From contig CDRNST010000196.1 of NCBI GenBank assembly GCA_977016875.1, forward strand, positions 2,914,001-2,978,000: a DNA stretch of 64,000 nucleotides. The letters are read 5' to 3'. The notes beneath the pieces are model-generated. The model was not told the DNA's origin. It made no database searches and saw only the letters and a program-made list of their open reading frames with translations. This stretch comes from Pavona decussata. Taxonomy: Eukaryota. Shown here piece by piece: positions 29,575-44,500 of this stretch (the first letter of the stretch is position 1; the number at the start of each line of letters is the position of its first letter). The position numbers and the translations under genes are program-made.

Positions 29575-30239
29575 CGGTAAGCCCCTTATAAAGATGACCA
29601 CTGAATGGATATACCGTAAATGACGCCGGCCTGTTTATTTCCTTGTTTGTGTTGTTGTTGTTGTTGCCGTTGTTTTTGAGGCGGGCGTCTATTAGATACG
29701 AGGTGTTTTTGTTCCTTTTAGAACAGTTAGAGGGCAGTGCTGTACACGGTACACCAAAGGAAACAGTTACATACTTCAACATGTACATTAAAAAAGGAAA
29801 AAAGACCACGTAAAATGAGAGTGGAAGGCCTTCGCAACTCCTACTCTCATGTTTGCCGAAGGGAAGACTGAGGGCGGTACATGGAATTATAATATCACAA
29901 AAAATGTTTCCTTTTTCTGTTTGGCCGGACATTCCGAGTACATGGGCTGTCACTAAGATTGTTAGGTGGAGTTTGAGTGGATTTGAGTTTGTTTAATTTT
30001 CTTATTTTATTCCCGTTTTAATGTACACGCGGGGCTTGGCACTAATCGGTCCGCGGAGCCCAAGAGTGGGAAACTCCTATTGTTCTCCCCTTCCTGTTTC
30101 ACTGTTTAGACCTGTTAGTGTTTGCGCCTATATTGCGCCAGCCAATATCAGTGATTTTGTTTATTTTCGGTGAGTGTACAACGTTGACGGTGTGATGGAA
30201 ACAGAGGATGACTACGTGAGCCCGCGTTAATGACCAAGA

Positions 30240-30510
30240 GGCTTTAGCCAATCAGAGAGCTTCATTCCAAGCCGTGAAAATCAAAATGGCTGCTCATCAA
30301 TTCAAGTTTGGCTTGTAGGTCCAACCGAAATTCAGCTAAAAAGCGGCACCAAACGCCGGAACAGAACAGTACAGGCGAATATGTTATAGCTCGCTGTAGA
30401 TGCAAACTAGATCACTTGCACACTGAAATGTTTTTTACGCGTTCGCTTTGAGAGTTGCTGTGGCGCCGCAGAGTTGAATGTTCAAGATTATGGCGTGACG
30501 TGCGCAAAGC
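30240..30510 (+). promoter_or_regulatory. Probable proximal promoter of the AGTPBP1-like gene
   Basis: CpG-richer segment upstream of the ATG at 30634, with an NF-Y-type TTAGCCAATCAG (~30245), a YY1-like AAAATGGC (~30283) and a CRE-like TGACGT (~30497). Motif matches only. Confidence 0.4.
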
Positions 30511-30633
30511 GGAACACTTTTTGGTTTTGTGAAGAGTTGAACTGGTATTGTTTCTAATCTGATAGTAATATCGTTAAAATCGGATGAAAGACATCCAGTT
30601 TAAGTCGCTATTCCAGTTCGAGGTGAATAAATC

Positions 30634-33539
30634 ATGAGCAAGTCCAACTCGAAGGGGTAAGTTTACAAAGCAATTTGTTTCCCATATTAGACAGTTGATG
30701 GATCATTGAAGATTTCTGTTGACAGGCTTTCGTCCTTCTGTAATCCAACGTTTCTTATACAGTTTTTTGTATTTTTATTTTTTCATTATAACTTAGGAGT
30801 AGCGCGAGGATAGGCACCCTGCTTGAACAGCTGCAAAAACTGTGTCTCGCTGGTTCCGAAGCCAAATATGAACAAGAGAAGATTGATGTAGAACAGTTAC
30901 GCTACGTTACAAACAAAATCCAGCAACTTCTGTCCTCGCAAGGTAATCATCCTGAATGTATATAAGCTTAAGCTTAATATTGAATAAAACTTTGAAGATT
31001 TAAGAGAAATATTTTCATTTTTTCTTATACCTTACGGCTTGCGTCCATGTAATTTGATTCAAGATGTACAGCTGTAGCAGTTCGTTGAGTTTGAATCAAC
31101 ATTTAATAGTTGTTAATGACCTGGCACCAGTTGTTCAAAGGCCGGATAACTTTATCCTGTGGATAAGTCACTATCCGACAGTTTCAATCTGGGAAAAGAT
31201 TTCAGTATTTCCTCTTGTACAAGCGAATATGCACACTCAAACCACAGTTAAGTTTGGGAGTGTATGAAAACCTTGGACAACGTTGAACGTGAAGTGTATT
31301 TTAGACCCTGAATAGTGCCTTATTCAGCGGATAAAGTTATCCGGCCTTTGAACAACTGGGGCCTGTTCTTTGTTGAAGATTCAATAAGAAATAGAATTTA
31401 GCTAAGTGTGGCTGGCAGACGCTATGGTTGTTACTACCGCATAACAAAAGTCAATCAAACAGATGTGTTAATTTAACACCTTACAATCTCCCAGATTTCT
31501 TCAATTTTTCAGGCCATCCCCCTTTTTTCTCTGTTTAAAAGATGGTCAGTTTTCAAACTTAGGGTTCGTCAGTCGGAGTGAAAAAAGTTGAGAGAAAAGG
31601 GGAAGTGAGTCTGAAACCAGGAGATGCACCAACACAACATCATCTGGATTAATGCAGCTGTGGTCACAAAACCAAGATGGATGGGTGTTGTGGTTTGAGC
31701 TCATCAGAAAGCATCCATACTTGTAATCAAATACTCAATGTCATGACGTTCCCAAGGCACAAGAAATTTGATAGTTGTCAGTAAAAACCTGACTATTAAC
31801 CTTACTTTTGCCAAAACACTACTGTTGAGTATTGTAATCTGTTGAAGACGCTCACTGGCCAAAGGTTGATCTCTTTGAATTTATCGAAGAAAATTCACTT
31901 AATATAATTACCTTTTCAGTAAAAATCATGTGTATGTTTTCACATTTATCATGGTTTTGATAGCCTGAGCCGCAGACTGATGGGGTTTGAAAGACGGTTT
32001 GTTCATGTACATTGTAATTTTTAGGTATCTTAGGGAGGTAAAATTAGCAACCCCTGTGATCTACATCAAAGTGACAGGCAAACAAAGCTATCATTTCAGA
32101 CCACATGGTTAATATAACCACATGTTTCATGGCTATTCACAAAGAGTGAAACATCAGAGACTGCTTCAAGCAGGTTGTGTTAATAGCCGTTTCAAAAGTG
32201 TGCATTGCACCATTGCATGATGGTTTACCATAAGGGAAGGTGCAATTCATTATTCAGTTGGTTGACAGCAGGAATCTTGGAACAGTTACAGAAGTTAGAT
32301 AAAACCCCTATCTAGAAGATAAAATTTATCTGCTTGTGGCTGTGCAACAAATAATTTATGCACCAGTCAGAGTTATATTTCACAAATATTCCACGAGTGT
32401 ACATTGGAAATGAGATGATAGATAGCCAATGAGTTGGCTTTAATCATCTCATATCCAACAAACGTGAGTAGAATAATTATTGTCTTATTAGAAACAGTCA
32501 AGAAATATTGCTAGATCTTGCTGATTTCACTTTGCAAGAACAACCAGAATACAATGTAATGGTTGCTATTTCTCAGGCATGGTATATATACAATGGCTTA
32601 TACACCATGGCGGCTAATTAAGCCAATCAAATCCCTGAAATATTACAATGATCCAGTTTTTAATGATTATAATTAAAATAATATTTCCACAAACAAGTTA
32701 AAAAATTTTGCACTTTAAACAATGAGGGCAAAAACTAAAAGGGAAAGAGCACAACAATTTATACATTCTTATACTTGGTATAACTACTGACAGTGTATTG
32801 TATCGATCTAAGAATATTTAAGTACTTACCGGTTTTTTTGTGGTTTCCATGATTCTTGTGTCAACATTCTGTGTTTTTTTTACTTAGTTTAATAGGTTCA
32901 AGAATCATCTGACCACTTGTTTATGAAATCCTTTGCAGAGAAATGTCGCAAGGATATAACTACAAAGTTTAGTGACGGTCTTTCAACATTGCTTGTTGTG
33001 CTAGAGGTAAAGATCTTGAGCATTTATTCATTTTTAAACCTAGTTTATCACTGTCCAGAGTGAACTGAATAACAAAGGAACCTTTTCCTTTTAGATGTCA
33101 GTGGATACACAGCTTACATTAAACATATTGGGCTGTCTGTGTGAACTGCTTACCACAGGTAAGGCTGTTGTTGTATCAAATAATTAACTGTTACTAAAAA
33201 GAATGCAGAGAAAACAAGAAGTGGCAGTGTTATTGCACCATTCTTTGTGAAGCAGCATTTGTGCTCCCCCTTTCTGGGTGTGAGCTTAGAGTCAGAACTG
33301 CCAGATGTCCAGCGTTATGATATGCTACATCACCAGCTGGGATAGCACTATGTGGCTGGTGTCTTTTTGGAAGCTTTTTGGACATACCAGTGTCCATTAT
33401 CCCTTCCTTTGCTGCCCAATAATGTATGCTTTCGGTGTTGTTTTTAAAATCCAAATGAATCAGCTCAGTTTTGGCATACAGACTGAATTTCATGTGTGAA
33501 CTAAAGTCCCTTATTTATTGTTATTGCTCTTATTATTGC

Positions 33540-33603
<64 letters not shown>

Positions 33604-36260
33604 GTTGTTGATTTTGTTTTTGTTTGTTTTTCACCTTAATGTTTAAATTCAGACAGTTAGCTTATGACTTTTTCCTAAAAAAGGAAGCTTCTTTATATCA
33701 GGCATTAATGGTTTGTGTTGTTCTCTGTTAAAGTAGCAAATTAAAACAGACACCAACCAATCATCGTCTTTTGTTTGAATTGCTTATAAGGCTCTCCAGG
33801 ACTTTGTTTCTAACAAGGCAAAGTAGAGCTAAGTTGGGACAATTTGGATTTCAAGGCCAATTTGAACATTAGTGCCTCTCTTACACCAATCCTTTCATTT
33901 GCTTGGGGCAAAAGAAAGTGGCCACCATAATGAGGCATTCATGGAGCAAGGTTATACGATATAAATACCACTTCATAGTTGAAAGGCTTTTGAAATTGGA
34001 CAGAATGGAGTGTATTACTTTATGTTTATAGTGGTCTTTTGCAGTTCTCCCTCAGCCAGCTGGCCAAAATACAGCTGAAACCTTTTCTGACTCACAAAGA
34101 ATTGTGCTTTTCTTAGTCTGGATGTTAGCTAGCTTCAGAGTGGCAAATTATCATCTGGTGGTTTTCCCTAAACAGGTAAAAGGGCGTCTGTACTGGCTGC
34201 CAAGGGTACTGTGGATATTATTCTGAGAGTTATTGTAAATGCCAGTAAAGAAGCATCTGTTTGTGAGGAGATTCTGTTGCTTAGCCACATCATTTTAACT
34301 AAAGTTGGTCCTAAAGGTAGGAATATTATTACAAATTGTATTGTCTCATGCTTGAACACATAATGTCTTTCTTTTGTACCAGTCAGTCTTACTGGACCTT
34401 CTCCACTGAAGGGATATCTAATGGATACGAGGGGAAAAATTGTTAATTTTATGTTTAAGATAGCCAAATCACAGTTGCTTTTACATTTCACACAATGGGG
34501 TTGAATTTTTTTGTTTTCTTATGTTTTTACTCTTATGCCCCTTCCCTTGATCAAAACTAGTTCCTTCCCTTGTTTTGTAGATGGAAGAATCCATGACCTT
34601 GTTAGCCATCTTGATAGTCACAGTTGTTCAAATAATTTGTATGTATTTCATATATTTCGATCACTTCCACTGGAGCAACAAACTGGAGGCAAGAAAGAAA
34701 CTTACAGAACTTGGATTTCTGTCAGTGGAAAGATGATTATGTAATATGCAGTTAAATGCAATTTAACTAAGTTAACAACAAAGAAAAGCTGGCATTCAAT
34801 GAGCGGTCAGCGGCTTTTGGTGGGTAGCACATGCGCAGAGCACCGCTTTGTGGTGGCGTTTAAGCGTGGCAGTGCGTAGCGGTTTTGTGGAGTTTCTTGT
34901 TGGATTGTCTCGGTTTTCTGCCCCTCCCTCCCTCTCCCCTTGTTTCCCCTTTTCCACTGCTTACGCAGTGTGACGGGTGTCCAGATGACTGGATGTGGGG
35001 GCTCATGGCTGGGTTGCGGGGATTGCCAGCCATGGGAGCGTATTACTGTCTAGGGGCTGGCTGATCACAGTGGAAGCCCCTGGGACTTCCCGGGCACCCT
35101 TCTACCACTCAGCTTAATGCAGTTGTTAATAAGTTGTTAAGCAAAATTCATATTAATTTTATGTCATGTGGGAGATTTGGTGTTCCATCCTAGAGACTAG
35201 GACATTCAGTGCCTAGTCTCTTTGAGTGGTCAGAGTGAATTATCAGTTCATTCATGCTCATTGACAATAATTTTATTGATACTCTCCTTCAGTGAGAGTA
35301 CATTTGGAGCCAGCAAAAAAGCATGCAGTTTTGTAAGTCCATCTGATAGGTCATTATGGACTGTAATACTCAGAAGATTTATATCTGGACTAACAGGCTT
35401 CGTTTGTTTTAATTTATCATTTTCAGATCGTAAGCTGTGTGTTAAAGCTCGATTAACAGGGGCTCTCCAGGTCACAATGAATCTGGTAAAGAATAATACA
35501 GCATTCTTCAAAGTCCTTCAACCTGCTCTGCAAGTCCTTAAACTCTACTCTGCCAATTGTGAGTCAAAGACAGTTCCTTTGCTCAACTTCAATGTTAATG
35601 TATAATATCATTGTTGATTTTAGAGAAACAAGCCATTCTGTTTTTCTTTAACATCAGCAAAGCCATTTTAAGTCCTCTTGATTTAAACTACTTGGCCATG
35701 CTGCTTCCTTCTTGGCCAAATAGTTTTAAAAAAAGTAATTAAAATGAAAAAAAAACAAGATAGCATTATTTGCTGTGATCAGTGAAAAGCTATAAATAGT
35801 ATTTTTGTGGAAAATGGTGTTAGACAAGTATGTTATATAATTTTTCAGAGTGAAAACAAGGCTTTTATGACATGCAATACAACCGTAAAGTTTTTACATT
35901 ACAATACATTACAGTTAACATATTATGATTCAAGAAAATTGTGTTCATAAACCAGAGATACTGATATTATTGAATTGGTTTTTTTTGTAGCTGTAAATTG
36001 CAATGCCTTGGCTAAGTCAGGAGCAGTCAGTGTTTTGTTCAGAGTTGTTACCAGCTGTGGTCACAAGAGAGTTATATGTTTAAAGTGAGAATTTTAATTT
36101 ACTTCTGAAGTATGCACCAGTACATGTAAATAAATAATTTGATGGTGACGAAATTTTGTTTTTACCTTTATTTCTGACTAACATATTTAATAATTATTTA
36201 TGCAGTCTCAAAACTTATGAATATGGAGATCAACATCCAAAATTTAACCTGCAAGCAGGT

Positions 36261-36291
<31 letters not shown>

Positions 36292-39200
36292 GGGGGGGGG
36301 GGGGGGTGGTTTAGAGGAGAGAGAGGGAAAGTTGTAGCCCAATTAAAATAGATGGAACTGTTCATATGAACATTGATGATATCACATAGCAGGAGTCAAT
36401 TGGAATTTATCAACGTTGGCTATTATATTTTCTTAACAAGTGTGCTTGAAAAAAACAAAAGAACATGTCCTGATAAAAAAGTGTCCCTGAAAGCAGGGTA
36501 AGATATTGCTAAAAAAAACTGGTCTTCATTTCGGTTATTTTCAGTTCAATGTAACTTTCAAATTCCTTTTGGGAGAGCTATTTTACAGCTATTCTACCAA
36601 TCGGGAAAACTCTAGAATCCAAGAATTGTACTACTGACAGTACTTGGCTAATTTTAAATTATTTATTTAATTATTTATAAATTATTGAACAAAAATCAAG
36701 GTCTGGAGATTTGTAAAATTAGTTCCAGCAATTAAATTTATTTTAATCACTTATAATCACTCCATGTTTCCACACCATTTCTTGCTTCAGGAGAAAACTT
36801 GCATTCTTGTGTCCCACTTTTTTCATTGTTTTCATGCAGAGTACAGAATAGTCCTGGACTAGTAACTTGGCAAGGTTAACAGCAGCTTGCTTTCTGATTG
36901 GTTGTTCTGTTCTGTACTCTGTGTATGTAATGTTTATACAGCTGTCTAGTTGCCTTATAAATATGTGGTGAGTGTTCTCAACTATTTCATTTTGTAACTG
37001 ATTTTATATTAGGTTGGTACTGGAGATCATTGCCACCCTTGTGAAGTCAAGTAAGGTTTCTTTCTTTCTTTTTACTCTCAAGATATGATAAGTTCTTTAA
37101 TTAGCCTGCACAAATTTGCTGCAATGATGAACATAGTAATTGACTTAATGCAGTTATTTCATCCATATGTAGGGGTGTAAATAAGTTTAACATCAATAAT
37201 ATTGTTGTAGTACAAGAGAAATGAGCTGTTTTCATGAAATAGTATACTATTATTTATTATAGTAAGTACAGAACCTTAAAACTATCTAAATAAAATTTGA
37301 TTCAGGTTGTTTCAGAATGATATTTGATTATCAGCATCTCTTCTGTAATGGCTGTTACTTCTTAGTAATTTATATTTTCCCTGATTTTAATAAGAATCAT
37401 TTTAAATTCATTTATAAACAAAAGTGAGCAAAATGGTGCAGTTTTGTACACTAATACCAAAGGCAATTGCATAATTTCTGTATTCATTTTTATTTTCTGC
37501 TCACCAATGCTTATGCTGTAAAATACTTTTCACATACTTATTTAGTTGTTTTGACACCAATATTGTATCCTTAGCCTTTGATATGTTCCAGTTTCAAAAT
37601 GATGGAGTACTTTAGAATATTTGCTAAGCAGAAGACAGCTTATAAAAAACAGCTGACATGTAGTGACATGAACCTACTTAGGTGTTAAGTTATGACTATA
37701 TCAACTTTGAGGAATGGAATTGTTGGACTAAATAATTTGAGGACAGAGAATTTCATTAACAAAAGAAATTAGCTCAATTCACAGTCAAAACTTGTGAATG
37801 CCTTTTTAGGAGATCAGTAGATTAGTAAGAATAATAATTATTCTTTCTAATCTACTGGTTTCCTAAAAAGGCATTCACAAGTTTCGACTTTAAGTATAAC
37901 ATGTATAGGAAAGTCATTAAAACTATTACAAATTATTTGTAATAGTTTTATGACTTTCCTATACATGTTATACTTAAAATTATGAGCTTTCCCCTAGTAC
38001 TGATTTGGAAAATAATTTCAGTGTTAATAATCATTTATTGTTTTTGCTTAACTAACATAATTATTGGAGGCAGTCAAGTTTGCTCATAGCCTGTACATGT
38101 TGCTAGATGTTGCTGTCAAACAAGTACAATTAAAAAAATTCTTTAATTTTAATTTTTTTTTTTTTAACAGAGAGCTGTGCATCCAAAGCTGTCAGCTTTG
38201 GGACTGTTCCAGTGCTGTTGCAGATGTTTTGTGACTGGCAGAGAACTGATCATCATCACAGACAAGCTAACATCAGGAAAGCTATTCTGAATGTCATCAA
38301 GAACATCACTATGTCAAGTATGTTATCAAAACCTGTAAAACCCGGAGTTTACAAGCTATTATTATAAAATTATAATAAATTATATTTAGGAGCTTCACTT
38401 AGGGCACAATGGCTTAGCCTATGCGAAGACACCTAAAAATTATTATTCAAGGCAGTGTAAACTTCTGGATGCCCAGAACCTTTATCAAACGATGAAAGTA
38501 TGTCGAAATAGTTCTACACAAGTTCAAAATTTGAAATACAGAAGTGAAAACCCAAGACTTCAAGCAACATTGTGGTTTGTCTTTTTCTTTGTGTTTTCAT
38601 TTTCCTGTCCCTCTACGAACTCTTCTACAGATGAATCTAGGCTCTGAAAACGGTTAGTCTGATTTGAAGCCATCTTTCTAAAGAAAAATGCGCCTAACTG
38701 CTCTTAGAAATATGCTATTTGTCAGTCAAGAGGAGCGGCGAGCGAGCGACACGGTTTTTTTCACTAGTGAAAATAATGATATAGCCAATCAGAGCGTCGA
38801 TACGTCGTCTTTCACTAGTGAAAAAACTCGTATGACCAATCAGCTGGCTTCTCTAGCGCGAAGAGACTATTTTTATCTCGATGCTTTTTGGCACGTAAAT
38901 CTCGGTATGTATATAATAAAATAAGTTACATGTATTATTATAATAGTTGATTTGATGTAAGAGATGGAGCTTGGATTTGTCTGGTTTTTGTCTTTGTTTT
39001 AGCAAAATGCCTTTAATTTGTAACTTCTTTTAACTGGCAACATGTACCAGTATTAAACCGATGACATTTTTCAAAACCATAGAGGCCAAACTGGGCAAAA
39101 ATACATATTTGCAACCAGAATTTTAAATGGAAAGACTGGAAAATATTTCTTACATCCACCTGTGATTGGATCCTTGTAGGAACTGGCAAGAAGGCATTTA

Positions 39201-41492
39201 TTCAAGCTGATGGCATTAAGACTCTCTATACTTTGTCTTTGGAAACTTTAGAATGTAAGTCGTCCTTGTGTTGTAACAATAATATTGCATACTGAGTGAA
39301 GGATATAGCTACATGTACATTGACGTACAACATGTTTTTGACATTTCCACTTCAGTCACCACAACAAACTAAGACTTCTTCTTACTCACAGTAAATCTGG
39401 AATTGGTACAGAGAATTTGTTGCAACATCAAACTATTTAATCAGTGACTATTTAAGTGATTTTCCTCTTTAAAGATTTAGCAATGCAGTATACATGTATG
39501 TTTAATGATTTCAGTCTAAGGGAGAGGTAGAAACTGGAACCTGTAAATTAAGGCATCTTGAAAACTCTCTACTCTGAAAAACAATTTTCTTGAAGGTGAA
39601 AAGGATGACATTAAAGGTGAAAGCTTTTAAATTATTGAAAAAAAAAACAGAGAGCTTGTTCACAACATGGATCATGAACAATCCATCTTTCTCCTGTGTT
39701 ATTTGTTCAGATTAAATTTTTAAAGTTTTTTCAAGAAGAGGCTTAGTGTGTACTTTACATGCCACTGCTAAATTTGAGCTAAATTAAGATTTCAGAAACT
39801 ATCTTAGGAAAAGATGTGACCTGAACTATTGTTGGATACTTACTAGTGTTCTTGCCACTTCTTAGGTCTTTGAGATGAACTGCTTAACTAAGAAAGTGAG
39901 AAAGCTCTGAACAAAATTCAGAAATTTATTGTTTTGTTTCTTCCAGGTCGTGAACTTGAGGGAGTGAACAATTTGAGTAGCCAGATATTACGGAGATGTT
40001 TTCCCACCAACAAGCTTCCAGTATCAACACTGTCATCACCTTTAGCTTTTGCTCTGTTGGATTTGGACAGTGCTGGCCACTCAACTGCTGAAGACCTTCT
40101 TGATGATAGTGGGGAAGGTAAGCTTTGAAACTTGACTTCCACACCCCATTGTGGTCCACCTTGTTTTTCTCCCATTAGGCATATTAATGGTCGTAACTTA
40201 GAATGTCAACTACTGTATAATGCTGCAAGGGGAACAGGGATGTGTTACTACTTTTAGATGGATTAGCATGCCCTCCTCAAAAGAGTGCTACAGAAGCTGG
40301 AGATTCCAAATTAAAAGTACTGAGTGACATGATGCTTCAATAATTTATTGGGTCAGCTTTTGTGATGTGCTAGGGGTACAGTACACTAAACATTTAAAAA
40401 CAGATTACAGGTAAGGTTTATCATTAATTATGAGCCTGTATGCAAAAATTTGGCGCTTTTTTAGCACTTTTTTTCTGAGCAAAATCAGCACTGTATTATG
40501 CGTTTTTCCTTGACCAAAACAAAAATCGACAATTACCATTGAATGCTTGTTTCATATATAACACTGGAGAGTCAACACGGGCTTATTTCTCAGCACTCCT
40601 GAAGAGTTTTTGCGCCTGAGAAGTACTTGCTTTTTCGGTAAATTTTCTATAGATTGGTGGTATTTTTCCTGCAAACTAGCCTAATGTGTTTTTTAATCTT
40701 ATTAAGTTTCAATGTTTTGGCTTTCAAAATTGTTAAAAGTCAAATTTTCAGTTTCAGACATTCCATGTTTTGAGGTGTTTTAAGAAATGCCCACCAGTAG
40801 TGATTTTTGTGAAACATTTAGGTGAATCATCAGAGGTTGAATCTGAAGAAGATGATGATGAAGGCAGTAGTACCAGCCAAGATGATAAAGAAGCTGCTGA
40901 TGGTGGAAAGACAGACAAGCCTGACAGTAAACCGGCTAAGCAGAACAAACCCAAACCTAGAGATGATCTGGCCATGTATGAAAAGTTCTTCCCAGAACTG
41001 TTTGAATTTCAGGTGGGTTTGATTAGCTATTGTGTCATGTACAGTAACATTTAGTAATATGTTCTCTATATTACCTTATTACAGAAAACTACCACTTCAT
41101 GAAGTTAATGTGAAATATTCAAAAAATGTGCATAGATTTAAGTCACCAGATGGTATTTTGTGCAATTTTAATTTCAATTTTTTGTTTTGGAGGTGCAGGG
41201 AGGGGGATCTTGAGAAAGAGATCCTTAACTAAGGATCTTTATTTGCAATCCTCAAATCATTCATAATCTTGGATAAAATTGAAGAATTCATGTAGCTCCC
41301 CACCAAATCTGTCAGTGAACTATTGGTCAACAGTTCACCAAAAGATCAGATTACAGACAGTCCACCAACAGATAACTGGCAAGGTACACCTACGGACTGT
41401 TGGTCCGAAATGTAATCAACAACCAGAGAGCTTACAAAGTAACAAGCGAGCAATACTTGTCTTACCAGGTTTCTGTTTTATGCATCCAACAG

Positions 41493-41536
<44 letters not shown>

Positions 41537-44500
41537 ATTATTATTATTATTATTATTCATCCAACTGTTACTGTAATTCCAACCTTTTTTGCTTGCTTTT
41601 CCGTAGAACTCATCTTGTCCTATCTACCTAGGTCACAAAACTACTTCTTTTGCCAATTTTTGAATAGCTTTGGACAAAGTACTTTATTAGTGTTGCAAGA
41701 TTTGGAAATGGTTTATCCTGTAACAGCAAAAAAGGGAAGAATAGTCGGCTACAACTGAATTAAGTTCAATTAAGCAGTCCTAGCTGTTCAAAGAGTTGCA
41801 AACTTTCGTTTTATCCCTGGAATAGTAGCCTATTTGCTGCATTGATATTACAGCGTTAGGTTACTATTCTGGGGATAAAATGAATAACAGTATTATTATT
41901 ATTATTTGCTGGAGTACATTTTATCCACTGGATAGCAATTGATGAAATTTTGACGGTATAACATTTTGCAGTTTTTCAGCTCACTGTTGGTCATTTGTTG
42001 GCCAACAGTCTACCAACAGTTGCTTAACAGGTTAATTGGGGAGCTGTTCTTCAATATTACTTAAATTATCTTGCAAACTTCCCTTGAAGTTCTAGCCAAC
42101 TTCCTGCAGGTCCCTGCAAAGATCTTTTTGGATCTTGAAGAATCTTGAGAAGATCTTGAAGGATCTAACGTAGAATCTACCAAGAACCCTGACAGATTTT
42201 ACAGGATCCTACAAAATGTTTTAACTATCCTCTAGGATTATTGTTATTTAGGATCCTGTCAAAGATCCTTAAAGATCCTACAGGATCCTGTGAATAATTT
42301 TAACAGGGTCCATAGTCAAAAGTAAAATAACTGACACAAGTTTCAGTTAAATTTAATTTTTTTTCCATACATTCTCAAAGGAACAAGCTGCCAGCTTAGA
42401 ATTTTTTTTCCTCAGGTTGAAGTTCCTGAGCCAATGGAAGATGAGATGTTTGTTTCATATCCAATTGTGATTCCAACGGCTGCTGAGGAACCTTTGTCAT
42501 CATCACCAACAGGACCAAGCCAACTGTCAAACCAGCTTGACTCTGTGAATTTTGATAGGTGCATACAATCACTGATCAGTGATCTTTCTGAGAGCTAGTA
42601 TTGTGTTTGTAATTACTGTGACAAGCATTAGAGTATGCATGGATCTGTTTGAGATGGATCCTCATTTAACAAAACTGTTACTTCAGTCCAGGAACAATTT
42701 AGGTTTAGATCAGTGTAGTTGAACTTCCACCTCTCTTGAAATGATTATATCCCTTTGACAAATATATGTCCATGATACCAGCTCTCAAACACTCTATTTG
42801 AGTCTCCAGTGTACATACCTATGTCTTAAGTGTCCCCTAGCATTTTGGAGGGTCGCTTGATTAAGAGCTCATTCATTCTTTTTATCAACAGTATTTACTG
42901 TCTTTATAAATAACATTCCATCCCTGTTCACTAAGCAGCTGTTCAAAAGCTTCATTGTTAAAAATTAAACATCTTCAAACCAGAGACTTCATAACATTAT
43001 TGTGTATTGCAATGCCACAGCCCACCCACTCAATCTGAAACAAGCCAACCAAAGACACAGGCCCCAACAACACAAGAGGAGCTTACAGGGGAAGAAAGAC
43101 CTAGCACTGCTGGGAGCAATGGACACTTGCATAGTGTGCTGCCAATCATCAAAACACCCTCACCTGATATGTATGGTCACTATCCACCAGTGGAGCCAGA
43201 ACCTCTGGGACAAAAAAAAACAGGACTGCAGAGGTATGGCAAATTATTTATACATTAAGGTGGCTGAACAAAGTTTGTGTGCACTTTGAAGAATTAGTGA
43301 GGTTGTACTAAGGCTGTGTGGTGGTGTGGTGGTGTAGTGGTTAACGCATCGCTGGCATCGGACTTTCGATTGGATGGTCGGAAGATCCAGGGGTCGTTGG
43401 TTTGAGGCCAGGTTGGTCTCTGCATTGCTGTGTTGTTTCCTTAGACAAGAAACTCTGCTCCACATTGTCTCTCTTTACCCAGGTGTATATATGGGTACCA
43501 GCGACATACTGCTGGGGGTAACCTTGTGATGGACTAGTATCCCATCCTTGGGGGAGTAGCAATACTCCTAGTTACTTCATGCTACAGAAACCGGGCTAAG
43601 CTCTGGCTGTGTGGGCCACTTAGGCTCTTGTGCGACTTAAGCTACCTTACCTATCTGTAAAGAGACAAAAACAAACAGTTAAAATGGGACAGAATTTCAG
43701 TGCCATCATGGCACAATTGTCAAGTTACATGCACATTCAGTGTTAAGTTGAATCGTCATAAACTTCGATCAAGAAGGAACCTTAACTTGAGCGACAGGTA
43801 TGGATTGACATAAGCACTTTGAGGGCGCATTGTTTTGGAACAATATTGGCTGTTCTTATTCCAGTTTAGGAATAACAGAATACGCAAAATATCAGATCCC
43901 ATAAGAACTCAATTCCGCCCATTCTCATTAACCTGAGCCTTACCAACGAAACACAATTCCTCCTATTCTGAGTAAACCGTGTTCCGTTCACTCTGCCATC
44001 AGGCGCAGAATGAACAAAACGGTATTTCTTACATTCCAAAAACAGAAAAGGTCCCAAATGAAAATTAAAACCTTGTATTCTGGGTGTTCCTATTCCGGAA
44101 TATTATTGTCCCAAATGAACATTAATACCTTATATTCTGGGTGTTCCTTGTCCCAAAAGAACGTGCCCGCGGTTTCTCCCATACAATCTCTAATGTTTCA
44201 AGAACATCACTGCTATTTTCTATTGCTCTTTTTAAAAACAGAAAGAGACTTGATAAGAAAGACATTAACTAGCTAAAGTCTTGTTATGGCTGAGCTGATT
44301 CCTGGGCATTCTGATCGGTGCCTGAGTGCTTTGCAAAAACAAAACCGACGCTACACAGATCCGGGCCGCGATTGTTACTCAGTATATTTACACAATGGTA
44401 TTCTCAGTTCTGCTACTGCAGATGATTCAGAGGCACATTTGAACAACATGCTGCTTGTCCAATTTCAGAACAATGATCTTCAGGGACATTGAGCGGCAGA

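Noticed and set aside
29339-29953. 204-aa minus-strand ORF
   Set aside because: Runs through a MITE and an (AAC)n tract, with no recognisable domain or splice support.
41279-41758. 159-aa ORF with a poly-Val/Ile hydrophobic stretch
   Set aside because: It is a translation of the (GTT)n(ATT)n microsatellite within an intron.
43325-43420. tRNA gene
   Set aside because: Degenerate B-box, no cloverleaf, and continuous with a SINE body.
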